This document shows positions 1-9,163 of a stretch of 64,000 nt of DNA, piece after piece (positions within the stretch are counted from its first letter, which is position 1; each line of letters begins with the position of its first letter). Below the pieces are notes generated by a model. That model was not told the origin of the DNA. It was given only the letters and a program-made list of their open reading frames with translations, and made no database searches. Both the position numbers and the translations under genes were made by a program. This DNA comes from Candidatus Puniceispirillales bacterium (GTDB lineage: Bacteria; Pseudomonadota; Alphaproteobacteria; Puniceispirillales; GCA-002684695): assembly GCA_045565515.1 (NCBI GenBank), contig JBJLFF010000002.1, positions 3,154 to 67,153 of the forward strand, read 5' to 3'.

Positions 1-62
1 GAAATGTCTTATTCATAATAAATGAAAGAAGACATTAATAATGTAATACATATACACCCCCT

Positions 63-253
63 GCATGTGCCATGCCCCCCTTGGGGGTAATATAATAATG
101 AGTACTGTGATAGATTAGGTGTAATTATTGGTAACCATTTTAATGACTCTACCAGATTCATACAGAGGATGTTGTGGTTTTATGTACCCAGTTAGGGTGT
201 GGCATTTTAAGTGAGACAGAGAGTCTTTATAGGAGTCTGGAGGGGGGTGTTTA
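63..253 (-). repeat. ~190-bp inverted repeat, left copy (pairs with 8728-8919)
   Basis: Reverse complement aligns to 8728-8919 with about 19 mismatches and 1 gap by manual count (~90%). Confidence 0.95.
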
Positions 254-299
254 TATTAAAATGTTGATTAAACCAATATAATTACATTAAATATAAGTT

Positions 300-950
300 A
301 TGTCTTTTGATAATAAATTTGATGGTGAAGCTAGTAGAACTATATATATAGTCGCATGGATTATAGCTTCGTTAGTAAATGCAATTATTACTGAAACAAT
401 TAGTTTAATATTATTTGATATTTTGGTTCAGCAAGAGGATGACTATACCACATATTTATTTATCCTTACTGTTGTTAATACTATTGTTTCTGCAGGAGTA
501 TTTGTAACTATTTACAGTTATTTTATTAAAATAATTATTAGGAAAGTTATTATATGGCTTTGGGGTTTAGGATTGTTAGGTACTATCATAAATTCTGCAA
601 GCGCTTGGCAATCGTTTTATTTTATAGACAAAAATAACCCTGTTTTAGATGTAATAATTCCATTCAATGTTATTGGATTTATTGTATTAGTACTATTATT
701 TATTCAGTATTTTAAATGGAATAGTAGATTAGTAGATGTAAATATTGTTGGATGGCCGAACAATAATAATAAAGAACCTAATGCAAACAAAGAAAACAAA
801 ACCAATAGAGAAAAAACTCCTCCATCAATAAAGGAAAAGACACTAAAAGAAGAATTAAGTGATTTAAAAAATCTTTATGATGAAGGGCTAATAACTAAGG
901 AAGCTTGGAATAAAAAACAAGAAGAAATTCTTGGAGTAAAAAAAGAATAA
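300..950 (+). CDS. Membrane protein (about 4 TM helices) with C-terminal SHOCT domain
   Basis: Hydrophobic N-terminal segments; C-terminal LKEELSDLKNLYDEGLITKEAWNKKQEEILG matches the SHOCT pattern. Confidence 0.75.
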   Translation: MSFDNKFDGEASRTIYIVAWIIASLVNAIITETISLILFDILVQQEDDYTTYLFILTVVNTIVSAGVFVTIYSYFIKIIIRKVIIWLWGLGLLGTIINSASAWQSFYFIDKNNPVLDVIIPFNVIGFIVLVLLFIQYFKWNSRLVDVNIVGWPNNNNKEPNANKENKTNREKTPPSIKEKTLKEELSDLKNLYDEGLITKEAWNKKQEEILGVKKE

Positions 951-954
951 TTGG

Positions 955-1344
955 TTATTCCCAAAACATCCACCATGGCTTCAAAGCATCTCTAATTTCG
1001 TTTATTTTTTTTTCTTCAAAAGTGTAGAGAAATACACCGTTCTTATAAATCCCTTGCCTATTAATGGTTCTATCCTTGTTATATTCAATTGCTTCTCCGT
1101 TTAATTTGTTATCTCTCCATTCCCCTACTACACGGTAATTTTCACCAGCATAGATATATGTGCCTTGTCCATTTCTTTTATCATCCTTCCATTCACCGAC
1201 ATATTTATCTCCATTTGAATAGGTATAAGTTCCAAAACAATTATGTTTATAACCCGATGAAGGACAATCAGGCAGTGCCCTACTCTGTGATGTCATAAGA
1301 GTTGATGAAAATAATAATACAATAATAAAGTATAAATATCTCAT
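955..1344 (-). CDS. Secreted MORN-repeat protein
   Basis: Signal peptide; GTYTYSNGDKYVGEWKDDKRNGQG MORN repeats; C-terminal KPWWMFW tail. Confidence 0.8.
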   Translation of the reverse strand: MRYLYFIIVLLFSSTLMTSQSRALPDCPSSGYKHNCFGTYTYSNGDKYVGEWKDDKRNGQGTYIYAGENYRVVGEWRDNKLNGEAIEYNKDRTINRQGIYKNGVFLYTFEEKKINEIRDALKPWWMFWE

Positions 1345-1457
1345 ACCTAAAACCCTAACACCAAATCCATCACCTGTGAATACATCCTCAAAAATCTTCT
1401 GGTAATGGAAAGAACCTTAATCTTTTCCTTTAATATTGAAAGTTGAAAAATAATTAT

Positions 1458-1496
1458 TGTTGACATAATGTAGAGTGTGTAGTACTTACTCAACAT
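1458..1496 (+). promoter_or_regulatory. Putative sigma70 promoter/operator for Xre gene (probably leaderless mRNA)
   Basis: TTGACA at 1460-1465, 17-nt spacer, TACTTA at 1483-1488; TGTTGA...TCAACA inverted repeat; no RBS before ATG 1497. Confidence 0.4.
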
Positions 1497-1850
1497 ATGT
1501 CAGACTTTGGTAAATATTTCAGGGAAAAAAGAGAAGCCTTATCTAAAAAAGGTAAAGGCTTATCTTTAAGATATGTCTCAAAAGAGATTGGTGTTGACCC
1601 GGGTTATTTATCGAAGATTGAAAGAGGTGTTTTTGCCCCTCCTTCTGAAAGCCTGATTATTAAGATGGCAGAAATTATTGATGAAGATAAAGATGTGCTT
1701 CTTGCCTTAGCTGGGAAAGTTTCATCAGACCTTCACATTATTATTAAAAAAAGACCCAAACTATTTGGACAACTTATAAGGCAATTAAAAGATGCACCTG
1801 ATGATGCAATTTTTAGTCTTGTCAGAGAAGTCCAAGATGGTGATTGGTAA
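1497..1850 (+). CDS. Xre-family HTH transcriptional regulator
   Basis: LSLRYVSKEIGVDPGYLSKIERG HTH_3 motif. Confidence 0.9.
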   Translation: MSDFGKYFREKREALSKKGKGLSLRYVSKEIGVDPGYLSKIERGVFAPPSESLIIKMAEIIDEDKDVLLALAGKVSSDLHIIIKKRPKLFGQLIRQLKDAPDDAIFSLVREVQDGDW

Positions 1851-1862
1851 AGGAGACAAACG

Positions 1863-3044
1863 ATGTTGTATTTAAAAGATAATACTTTGAATTTTAATTT
1901 TTCAGAGACCGTTCATAATGAGGCAAGATGCCGAATTGATTTTAAAAGAACTTTAAGAATACCAGATGATAATAATTCTTATCCATTACCTCCCAGTCTT
2001 GGAAGATTTGTTCTTAGAAATACTGAAGATTACAAAGAAACTATAGCTGAAAAACATATCAACAGAGGAGGTGTTGCATTTCCAATGTATCAGTCAGAAG
2101 CTATGTGGATTAATTTTTATAAAGGAGATTATCCTTTTGCAATTAAAATTGCAGCAGGAAAGATTAATGCCCTTACTGGTGATACATGGTCTAATAAATT
2201 ATCTAAAACGAAACAAGATTATGTTGTTATTCCAGAACAGCCTTGGATAGATGGGTTTGCTATTGATGATGGATTTATCAGACAGTTTGTAGCCATGCAG
2301 TTAGGTGACGGCTATACAGCAGAAGAACAGATTACAGGTAAAGCAGAATTTGGTGGATTACAAATTATTGCATACCCCATGAAAAGAGAAATTTATAAGG
2401 AATTAAAAGAGGAAGAAAGAAGAAGAGAAGAAGAGAGAAGAAGAAGAGAGGAAGAGGCTAGAAAACGAGCAGAAGAAGAAAGAAAAAGAAGGTTGGAGGA
2501 AGAAAAAGCATTGACTGAGAAGATTGAAAAATTAAAGAAAGAAGGAAAGTGGGAAGATGAAAAACACAACTTAATACACCGTTTGAGCAAATATGAGGAG
2601 CATTCGTATGAGATGCATTCTAAGATTTGTGCATCAGCTTCAGGTGGAGGTCATATAGAAGAGTCTATGGGCATGGCACCCGGAGGAAGGATGAAGCAAG
2701 AAATATATAGAGATAAATATGGTGTTGAGGCTTGGGATGAAAATAATTGTTCACGTGTATTTGTAAGCATATTAAACTCTGAACAATGGAATAAAGCTAC
2801 AGGTGAGAAGATGCCAACGAAGCCTATTTCAGCAGAAGATTACAATAGATACGATATGCCATGGTTTGAATATTATTCTGACAATGAATCCCTTGAGGGT
2901 TCAGATAAACTTGCAGAATTAAAGAGTACTGGAAATTTGGAGATTCCTGCGTTTCTCAAAATAAATAAAATTTATAGCGATGATTATAAAGGGAAAAAGA
3001 TATCAGATGGTAAAGGTAAATCCAATATTTGGAATAAAACTTAA
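1863..3044 (+). CDS. Conserved uncharacterised protein (RTLRIPD / PMYQSEAMW / QDYVV.P.QPW.DG family) with E/R-rich helical insertion
   Basis: AGGAG RBS; motif series recalled from bacterial and fungal uncharacterised proteins; EEERRR-type repeats centrally. Confidence 0.7.
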   Translation: MLYLKDNTLNFNFSETVHNEARCRIDFKRTLRIPDDNNSYPLPPSLGRFVLRNTEDYKETIAEKHINRGGVAFPMYQSEAMWINFYKGDYPFAIKIAAGKINALTGDTWSNKLSKTKQDYVVIPEQPWIDGFAIDDGFIRQFVAMQLGDGYTAEEQITGKAEFGGLQIIAYPMKREIYKELKEEERRREEERRRREEEARKRAEEERKRRLEEEKALTEKIEKLKKEGKWEDEKHNLIHRLSKYEEHSYEMHSKICASASGGGHIEESMGMAPGGRMKQEIYRDKYGVEAWDENNCSRVFVSILNSEQWNKATGEKMPTKPISAEDYNRYDMPWFEYYSDNESLEGSDKLAELKSTGNLEIPAFLKINKIYSDDYKGKKISDGKGKSNIWNKT

Positions 3045-3281
3045 ATGAAAGAATATCTAAATTTCATTATTAATAAATTTATATGGTTACTAATCTTGTC
3101 AGTAATAACCTTTATAATGATTGTATTTCCATATCTTAATCCTTTGGAGATATCTTTACGTATGTTTTTGAGGTTATTACTTGAAATCATCTATGACTTT
3201 CAAAATGCTGACTTCAAACAAAATTTCTTGGACTTTATATTTGAACCCAATATACCAAAACATTTAATACCAGAAGGATAA
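3045..3281 (+). CDS. Small hypothetical membrane protein
   Basis: ATG directly after upstream stop; N-terminal hydrophobic helix. Confidence 0.55.
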   Translation: MKEYLNFIINKFIWLLILSVITFIMIVFPYLNPLEISLRMFLRLLLEIIYDFQNADFKQNFLDFIFEPNIPKHLIPEG

Positions 3282-3284
3282 ATT

Positions 3285-3989
3285 TTGAACAATAGGGGTT
3301 ATACTTTTGATAATGATTTAAAAGAAAATAATGAAATATATAAATCTTTGGAAAAGGAATTAAAAGGCATTAGCAAAAATGAATATGGGTTAATAAATAA
3401 AAAAATTACATCTGCTTGGATTAGATGTGGAAGTAATTATGAGAGGTTTAACTCCATCTTGGAAAGGCTAGTTTGGAATAGTGTTATTGATAAAAATATT
3501 GAAGCAATAATTATTGAAATGATTTCAAAATTTGATAATCAGCCTTTACATAAAGATTCTGCAAACTTTGTATCTGATATTTTTTTCAAAACAGATAATA
3601 CAAGAAATAGAAAAAATGATGAAAATGCAGGTAATGATAATTTTTGGCTTCACTTTTTTGAACTAAATTTACTTAAGAGTGATGATAATGTTATCAGATT
3701 TATATATTTGTTTTTGTGGTTTTTTAATATCTATGGGTTTTACTTTTGGTACACAATAATAATTGAATTTAACACAGGAACACTAGATTTAAATTTTTGG
3801 AATAATTTGGATGGTTTTTTAGATACAATGGAATATCTTTTTGGAGTAGTTGGTTATTTTATAGCTTTCATGATAAATTTTGGATTAATTTTATATAGCT
3901 TTATGCTTATTCCAGTTATCTTTGTTTTTAAAACATATCAATTAATTTTATATATTTGGACAGGAAAAATATTAAAATCTGGTTTATGA
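3285..3989 (+). CDS. Hypothetical protein with C-terminal TM helices
   Basis: 234-aa ORF with TTG start, in operon-like spacing; hydrophobic C-terminal half. Confidence 0.6.
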   Translation: MNNRGYTFDNDLKENNEIYKSLEKELKGISKNEYGLINKKITSAWIRCGSNYERFNSILERLVWNSVIDKNIEAIIIEMISKFDNQPLHKDSANFVSDIFFKTDNTRNRKNDENAGNDNFWLHFFELNLLKSDDNVIRFIYLFLWFFNIYGFYFWYTIIIEFNTGTLDLNFWNNLDGFLDTMEYLFGVVGYFIAFMINFGLILYSFMLIPVIFVFKTYQLILYIWTGKILKSGL

Positions 3990-4024
3990 AAGTTAAGAAT
4001 ATATTCAAATAAAATCTATTTTAT

Positions 4025-5416
4025 ATGAACACCCTAAATGAACTCAGCCAGCAACTCTCCAAAGAAATACAAGACAAAGAGGAAAGACGTGCACGTTCAG
4101 ATGATGAAAAATTTCGTTTTAATTATGCTTTAACAAAAATACTTGAAGACATTTGGAGTAACTATGTTGCTCATCCTGAAAGTGAGTGTTCAATTCATAA
4201 AAGAAGTAATGCTTACTCTGAAAATTCAAAATACAGAGACCCTAACCTAACTTATAGAATGGCAATGGCTGCATTCGGAGGATTAATTGACTTAGGGTTA
4301 ATTTTTGTCACAAAAGATGGACATTATGACCGTAATAAATTGTCAGGAGATCTTACAAGATATAAATCAACTCAAAGATTAATTGAAAAATTAGATATGT
4401 TGGAAGGGCATCCAGCAATCTATATAAAACCTAATTTAGATGAACAAACAATTATTCTACGCAACAAAGTAAAAGGTAAAAAAATAGCAGTACCTTATGA
4501 TGAAACATCCTTCACAGATAAAGCAAGAAAGAATTTAAGAACAATCAATGCCTGTATTACACGTCACTGGACTGACCTTATGATTAAGGATGAAGAGTAT
4601 AAAAAGCTACAGGAAAGATTACTGCTTGATGAAGATAACCAGCCTATCGATTTAACGAAGAAAATGCTCTATCGAGTATTCAATAATAATGACTTTAAGC
4701 AAGGTGGAAGGTTCTATCGTGGGTGGTGGCAGAATGTACCAAGTGAATACAGACAATTTATTACAATTGATAGTAAGAAAACTCAGGAGTATGATTTCTC
4801 ACAGCTAAATCCTAATATGATTTACTCATTATATAATCTGGAATTGGGTAGTGAAGATGCTTACTCAAGAGTTCTTGATGGTGAGCATCGTGATACAGTT
4901 AAAGAAGCATTTAATGCAATGATTACTTCTTCAAAGGCACTAAAACAAAAACCAAAAAAAATTAACTTAGATACTATTGAAATGACTTGGACAGAGTTAA
5001 GACAGGCTGTTCTTGACTCTCATAAGCCTATTCAGCATCTGTTTTTTAGTGGTTTAGGTAATAGGCTTCAGTTTGAAGACAGTAATATGGCTGAAGGGAT
5101 AATGCTTCACTTTGCAAAGATGGATGCTCCAGCTTTACCTGTACATGACAGTTTTATCATGCATCATGGATATGCTGGTGAATTGGAAGAGTCTATGCGA
5201 AGGACATTCTTTGATAGGTTTGGTCAGGATATAAAAGTAAAAGCTGAAATGATTGAAGAAGTAAAACCTAAGAATGATTATCCGATTGGTCATCCAAAGT
5301 TCTGGCAGGATATTTCTATTGAAGCATTGCTAGAAGGTGACAAAGAGTATTCACAATGGCAGGATAGAGATAATATGTGGTTGAGTAGGAAGTATAAAAG
5401 TGAAAAAACTAAATAA
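4025..5416 (+). CDS. Compact family-A / T7-RNAP-like polymerase palm-domain protein
   Basis: GGRFYRGWWQ (DxxGR-like), EYDFSQL (motif A Asp), RDTVK (motif B RxxxK), LQFEDS, LPVHDSF (motif C; compare T7 RNAP IHDSF). Confidence 0.7.
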   Translation: MNTLNELSQQLSKEIQDKEERRARSDDEKFRFNYALTKILEDIWSNYVAHPESECSIHKRSNAYSENSKYRDPNLTYRMAMAAFGGLIDLGLIFVTKDGHYDRNKLSGDLTRYKSTQRLIEKLDMLEGHPAIYIKPNLDEQTIILRNKVKGKKIAVPYDETSFTDKARKNLRTINACITRHWTDLMIKDEEYKKLQERLLLDEDNQPIDLTKKMLYRVFNNNDFKQGGRFYRGWWQNVPSEYRQFITIDSKKTQEYDFSQLNPNMIYSLYNLELGSEDAYSRVLDGEHRDTVKEAFNAMITSSKALKQKPKKINLDTIEMTWTELRQAVLDSHKPIQHLFFSGLGNRLQFEDSNMAEGIMLHFAKMDAPALPVHDSFIMHHGYAGELEESMRRTFFDRFGQDIKVKAEMIEEVKPKNDYPIGHPKFWQDISIEALLEGDKEYSQWQDRDNMWLSRKYKSEKTK

Positions 5417-5651
5417 TCTGAAAAGAAAAGATATTAATGGATTAAGTGGTGATGAATTAGTTGCTGTAATAAGGGATTTAGAAAATCAATTAGATGGAAT
5501 GATTTCCTCACGTGATGATTATGTAGATGAGTATATTCAATCATCAAAACGAGAAGATTTTTGGATAAAGGTAGTTGTTTTTTTGGTTTTAGTTATTGGT
5601 ATTGTTTTGGCAGTCTGGTTGTCAGTCCAAGTTGGTGTGGGTGAATATTAA
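5400..5651 (+). CDS. Small coiled-coil protein with C-terminal TM anchor
   Basis: GTG start overlapping upstream gene; hydrophobic tail. Confidence 0.55.
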   Translation: MKKLNNLKRKDINGLSGDELVAVIRDLENQLDGMISSRDDYVDEYIQSSKREDFWIKVVVFLVLVIGIVLAVWLSVQVGVGEY

Positions 5652-5654
5652 ATT

Positions 5655-6260
5655 ATGAAGCAAACACTCCTCACCATATGCCTGATACTTTTTGCTCTGC
5701 CCAGTTGGGGTGAGGATTATAAACCTGTCCAAGATTGTGAAGATATTGTTTTTAATAATCCTGAACTTAAAGTTAAAGTTACTGATAGTGATTTAGAATT
5801 TATGAGTTTCTTCAATCGAACAGATATCAAAGATATTGAGTTCAAAGATGTCTATATTAAAAGAAAGGATGAATTCGGAATTCACGGAACTCAGATAAAA
5901 TATAAAGACAGATTTATTAATTTATGCATGGGGTATTCAACTTCTGACATTGCATATCTTATTCAAAAAAAGAATGTCTATAAAATCCTCATGCAAAATG
6001 ATGATATATCTTTAGTTTTTGCAATGTTAACAAAGACAGGATGTGGAACATCTTGTTATATGAGTTATGTTTATGAAATAGTGTTCAATTTATCTAAGCC
6101 ATATGAAAAACCTTATTTAAGAGGCAGGGTAATTAATGATGCTGGTTATATATCTGATTGGTTTATGGATGCCCTTCATTTTAATGAAGCATATAAGTTG
6201 TCAAGAATGCAAGGAGGGGAGATATTTTATTGGCGAGGTAAGAAGTATAAGTCCGAATAA
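5655..6260 (+). CDS. Secreted hypothetical protein
   Basis: Signal peptide MKQTLLTICLILFALPSWG; Cys pairs. Confidence 0.65.
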   Translation: MKQTLLTICLILFALPSWGEDYKPVQDCEDIVFNNPELKVKVTDSDLEFMSFFNRTDIKDIEFKDVYIKRKDEFGIHGTQIKYKDRFINLCMGYSTSDIAYLIQKKNVYKILMQNDDISLVFAMLTKTGCGTSCYMSYVYEIVFNLSKPYEKPYLRGRVINDAGYISDWFMDALHFNEAYKLSRMQGGEIFYWRGKKYKSE

Positions 6261-6430
6261 AAACAGTTTTAAAAAATAATTATTCTTTAACTTCTATTTA
6301 CACTTCTTTTCATTTCCTAAATTGCTTTACTTCCTTATACGAATGGTTTTCTCTTGCGGTAATTTATTTGCTATGATTTGATAAATTGATGACAATTATA
6401 AAATATAAAATTACTTTATGGTTATTATAA

Positions 6431-6458
6431 ATATAAATATCTTAATATAAATATCTTA
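6431..6458 (+). repeat. 14-bp tandem duplication (ATATAAATATCTTA x2)
   Basis: Direct reading of the sequence. Confidence 0.8.
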
Positions 6459-6551
6459 ACATACTTCAGTAATTTAATTCTTTTACCTAACTTCTTCTAT
6501 TTTTCTGATGTTAAGCTTTGACTTAAATTTTATAAATTCTTAGGAGGTTCA

Positions 6552-7709
6552 ATGATTAGAATAATAATTTATTGTTTACTAATAGTAATTATACCTCTGA
6601 ATTTAAAATCTGAGATTATGAGAAAATATGGAGATAAAACTTCTGAAAATATAAATGAATTATTGTTTAATGATGCAGTTTATATAAATATTGGCCCCAA
6701 TACAATTGAAGGTGTTCAATGCGCTTTAAGAATGGAGTTTTATACTAAAAGTGGTGAAGGTATTTCTTTTACAACAACAATATTCGATGGAATAAAAACT
6801 GGTAAAAATCCATTTGGAATACCTCAAATTACTTTAAAATCACATTATTTTCCAAATTATCAAGAAAGAAACAATGATATATTTTCCGGAAATAAAAAAG
6901 GGATTCCTTTTTTGGTTCCTCCCGTTGAAGGAGAATATTTTTGGAGAGGCATCTATTTCAATAGAGATGAAGGTTATCTAGATATATCAAATTCTATATC
7001 AATAGATTTAACTGGGGAATACCAAGAATATATAGACTCTTTTCGTTATTTATTTGGAAAAGCGTGGAATTTAAACATCCTAAACCCTAAAACCAAACAA
7101 AGTCTAATGGAAGGACATTTGATTGCAGTTGAAACCCTCGACAAAGTGTATTTTGGTGATTTTATTATTAACTCAGAGGAAATATTAAAATTTGCCGAAT
7201 GTGCTGAACCTATTTTTATTGAATTATCTAGTAACCCTATATTTAGATTAGGACAAACATCAAGTGATTTAAGAAATAGTTTATATCTTAAGTGTGATGG
7301 GTTTGATAAAGTTTTAGGCATTCAAATGCCAACTGAAAACTGGTTTATTGATAAATATAAACCAAGAAAAGCTACTGTTAAATTGGGTAAAGAAGAAAAA
7401 ATCTATCATTATTCTAGTAAGGGTAATATTATAAAAAAATCTATGCTTTACCCACCTTCCGAGCATAAGCAAAAAAACTTTATTATGTTTAGTACGATTG
7501 AAGATATACCTAATAATATTTTGAAGTTTTCAGACCAAATTTATGGTGGATTTGACCCTTGGGTAAGATTTAATACAATAAATTTAGAATTCACTGACGA
7601 AGAATGGGTTTCATTTCAAGTAATAAGAGACTTAGATTTTAAACCAGATGTTTTGAAAAGAACATGTGTAGTTAAAGACGAAAAATGGTGGCTAAGTTTA
7701 AATAGTTAA
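6552..7709 (+). CDS. Secreted hypothetical protein
   Basis: AGGAGG RBS; signal peptide; 385-aa ORF. Confidence 0.7.
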   Translation: MIRIIIYCLLIVIIPLNLKSEIMRKYGDKTSENINELLFNDAVYINIGPNTIEGVQCALRMEFYTKSGEGISFTTTIFDGIKTGKNPFGIPQITLKSHYFPNYQERNNDIFSGNKKGIPFLVPPVEGEYFWRGIYFNRDEGYLDISNSISIDLTGEYQEYIDSFRYLFGKAWNLNILNPKTKQSLMEGHLIAVETLDKVYFGDFIINSEEILKFAECAEPIFIELSSNPIFRLGQTSSDLRNSLYLKCDGFDKVLGIQMPTENWFIDKYKPRKATVKLGKEEKIYHYSSKGNIIKKSMLYPPSEHKQKNFIMFSTIEDIPNNILKFSDQIYGGFDPWVRFNTINLEFTDEEWVSFQVIRDLDFKPDVLKRTCVVKDEKWWLSLNS

Positions 7710-7734
7710 TAATGATAAGATATATATTCTAAAT

Positions 7735-8730
7735 ATGTTGAGTATAAGAAAAACAAAAAACCTTTATTTGCAGTTTAATAAGAAAATAATTTTTACAATA
7801 TTATTTATATTGTTGAATCCATCCTTTTCAGTAAGTGAACAAACACTATCAAATATAATAGAAGATACTGGAAAAAACATAGGTAATGGACTTATAAGAC
7901 TTGAATATAAAAAGATACTGAATAAAAGTGAAATTCTATCACTTCATGGCAAACTTTTTAATGGTCAAATAAAATATGAAAATTTAATTGTACTTTCTAC
8001 GATTTGTGGAGATTTTAGTTCTATTGATGTTTGTGAAGAATTATTAACAGAAATATTTTATATTGAAAGTCCTGATGAATTTCTTGATATTGTTTTTTAT
8101 GATTTTTTAAATAAAAAAAATGTCGTTGAGATTAAACATCATAATAAAAATTATAATTTACCAATACCAGAGGGTTTCTGTGATATAACAGATACGCAAG
8201 ATGGTGAATTTTTTATAAAACATCTTAACTCTTTGAGATTAAGTCAACCTCTTTTACCTATTACATATATTGCTTTTGGCATCTGTGAACAATCAGATGA
8301 TATAGACATATATGGTTATGTCTCATTAACAGCCAATAAAAATACAAAATTGAAAACCCAATCATCTTATAATTTATATGCTAGAAAATTTTTAGAATCT
8401 AAGTTAATGGATAGATTATTATATCAGTTTGAAAGTATAAATGAAAATACGATAAGACAAAATATTGAATTAGATTCTGAGATTGATATTAATAGACCAA
8501 TATTACTTTATGAAAATGAAAATATAAGCATTAATAGGGGATTCTCATATATTAGTCTCAATGGTAAAACTCAAGAGGAAATTACATATACCGGTGCAAC
8601 AGTTTTAGAAAATACACAAGTTTTTTACTATATAAAATTTTTAGAATATAAAAAAGGTGCTAATAAAAAAATTAATTCTCCTATTGGGTTGCTGATAAAT
8701 AATGCTGTTAAATTGAAAGAATTAAATTAA
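7735..8730 (+). CDS. Secreted or membrane-anchored hypothetical protein
   Basis: 331-aa ORF with N-terminal hydrophobic segment; stop codon coincides with the start of the right 190-bp repeat. Confidence 0.65.
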   Translation: MLSIRKTKNLYLQFNKKIIFTILFILLNPSFSVSEQTLSNIIEDTGKNIGNGLIRLEYKKILNKSEILSLHGKLFNGQIKYENLIVLSTICGDFSSIDVCEELLTEIFYIESPDEFLDIVFYDFLNKKNVVEIKHHNKNYNLPIPEGFCDITDTQDGEFFIKHLNSLRLSQPLLPITYIAFGICEQSDDIDIYGYVSLTANKNTKLKTQSSYNLYARKFLESKLMDRLLYQFESINENTIRQNIELDSEIDINRPILLYENENISINRGFSYISLNGKTQEEITYTGATVLENTQVFYYIKFLEYKKGANKKINSPIGLLINNAVKLKELN

Positions 8731-8919
8731 ACACCCCCCTCCAGACTCCTATAAAGACTCTCTGACTCACTTAAACTATTCCACCCTAACTTGAGTACAT
8801 AAAACGACTACATGCCATGTATGAGTCTGTGAGAGTCATTAAAATGGTTACCAATAATAATACCTAATCTATTGCAGTACTCATTATTATATTACCCCCA
8901 AGGGGGGCATGGCACATGC
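8728..8919 (+). repeat. ~190-bp inverted repeat, right copy (pairs with 63-253)
   Basis: Same alignment as left copy; an extra 17/19 match of 8951-8969 to the reverse complement of 32-50. Confidence 0.95.
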
Positions 8920-9045
8920 CTGGGTAAGGTAAACATAGATACATATTAAATGTAGTACATTATAAATGTATTATAATTAGATATTATAAAACCCAATTAC
9001 ATATACACAATGACCCTATACTAAGTACGTTAAGAGATATTACTT

Positions 9046-9070
9046 ACTGATGTACAAACTGATGTACAAA
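9046..9070 (+). promoter_or_regulatory. Tandem 12-bp repeats ACTGATGTACAA x2 (putative integrase arm-type sites)
   Basis: Same TGATG(T/C)ACAAA motif with 12-bp period at the integrase 5' end (11094-11116, minus strand). Confidence 0.65.
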
Positions 9071-9079
9071 ACGTGCCTG

Positions 9080-9107
9080 TTGACACATTTAATGGAACAC
9101 TTAAACT
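9080..9107 (+). promoter_or_regulatory. Putative sigma70 promoter pointing into the inverted att copy
   Basis: TTGACA 9080-9085, 16-nt spacer, TAAACT 9102-9107. Confidence 0.5.
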
Positions 9108-9163
9108 GAGGCTATCGCTTATGTATGTGTGATGGTGGTGCATTGGTAAGGCACAAAACTACT

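Noticed and set aside
2405-2505. Purine-rich GAAGAG-type repeats
   Set aside because: Explained by coding for the E/R/K helix; not an independent DNA repeat
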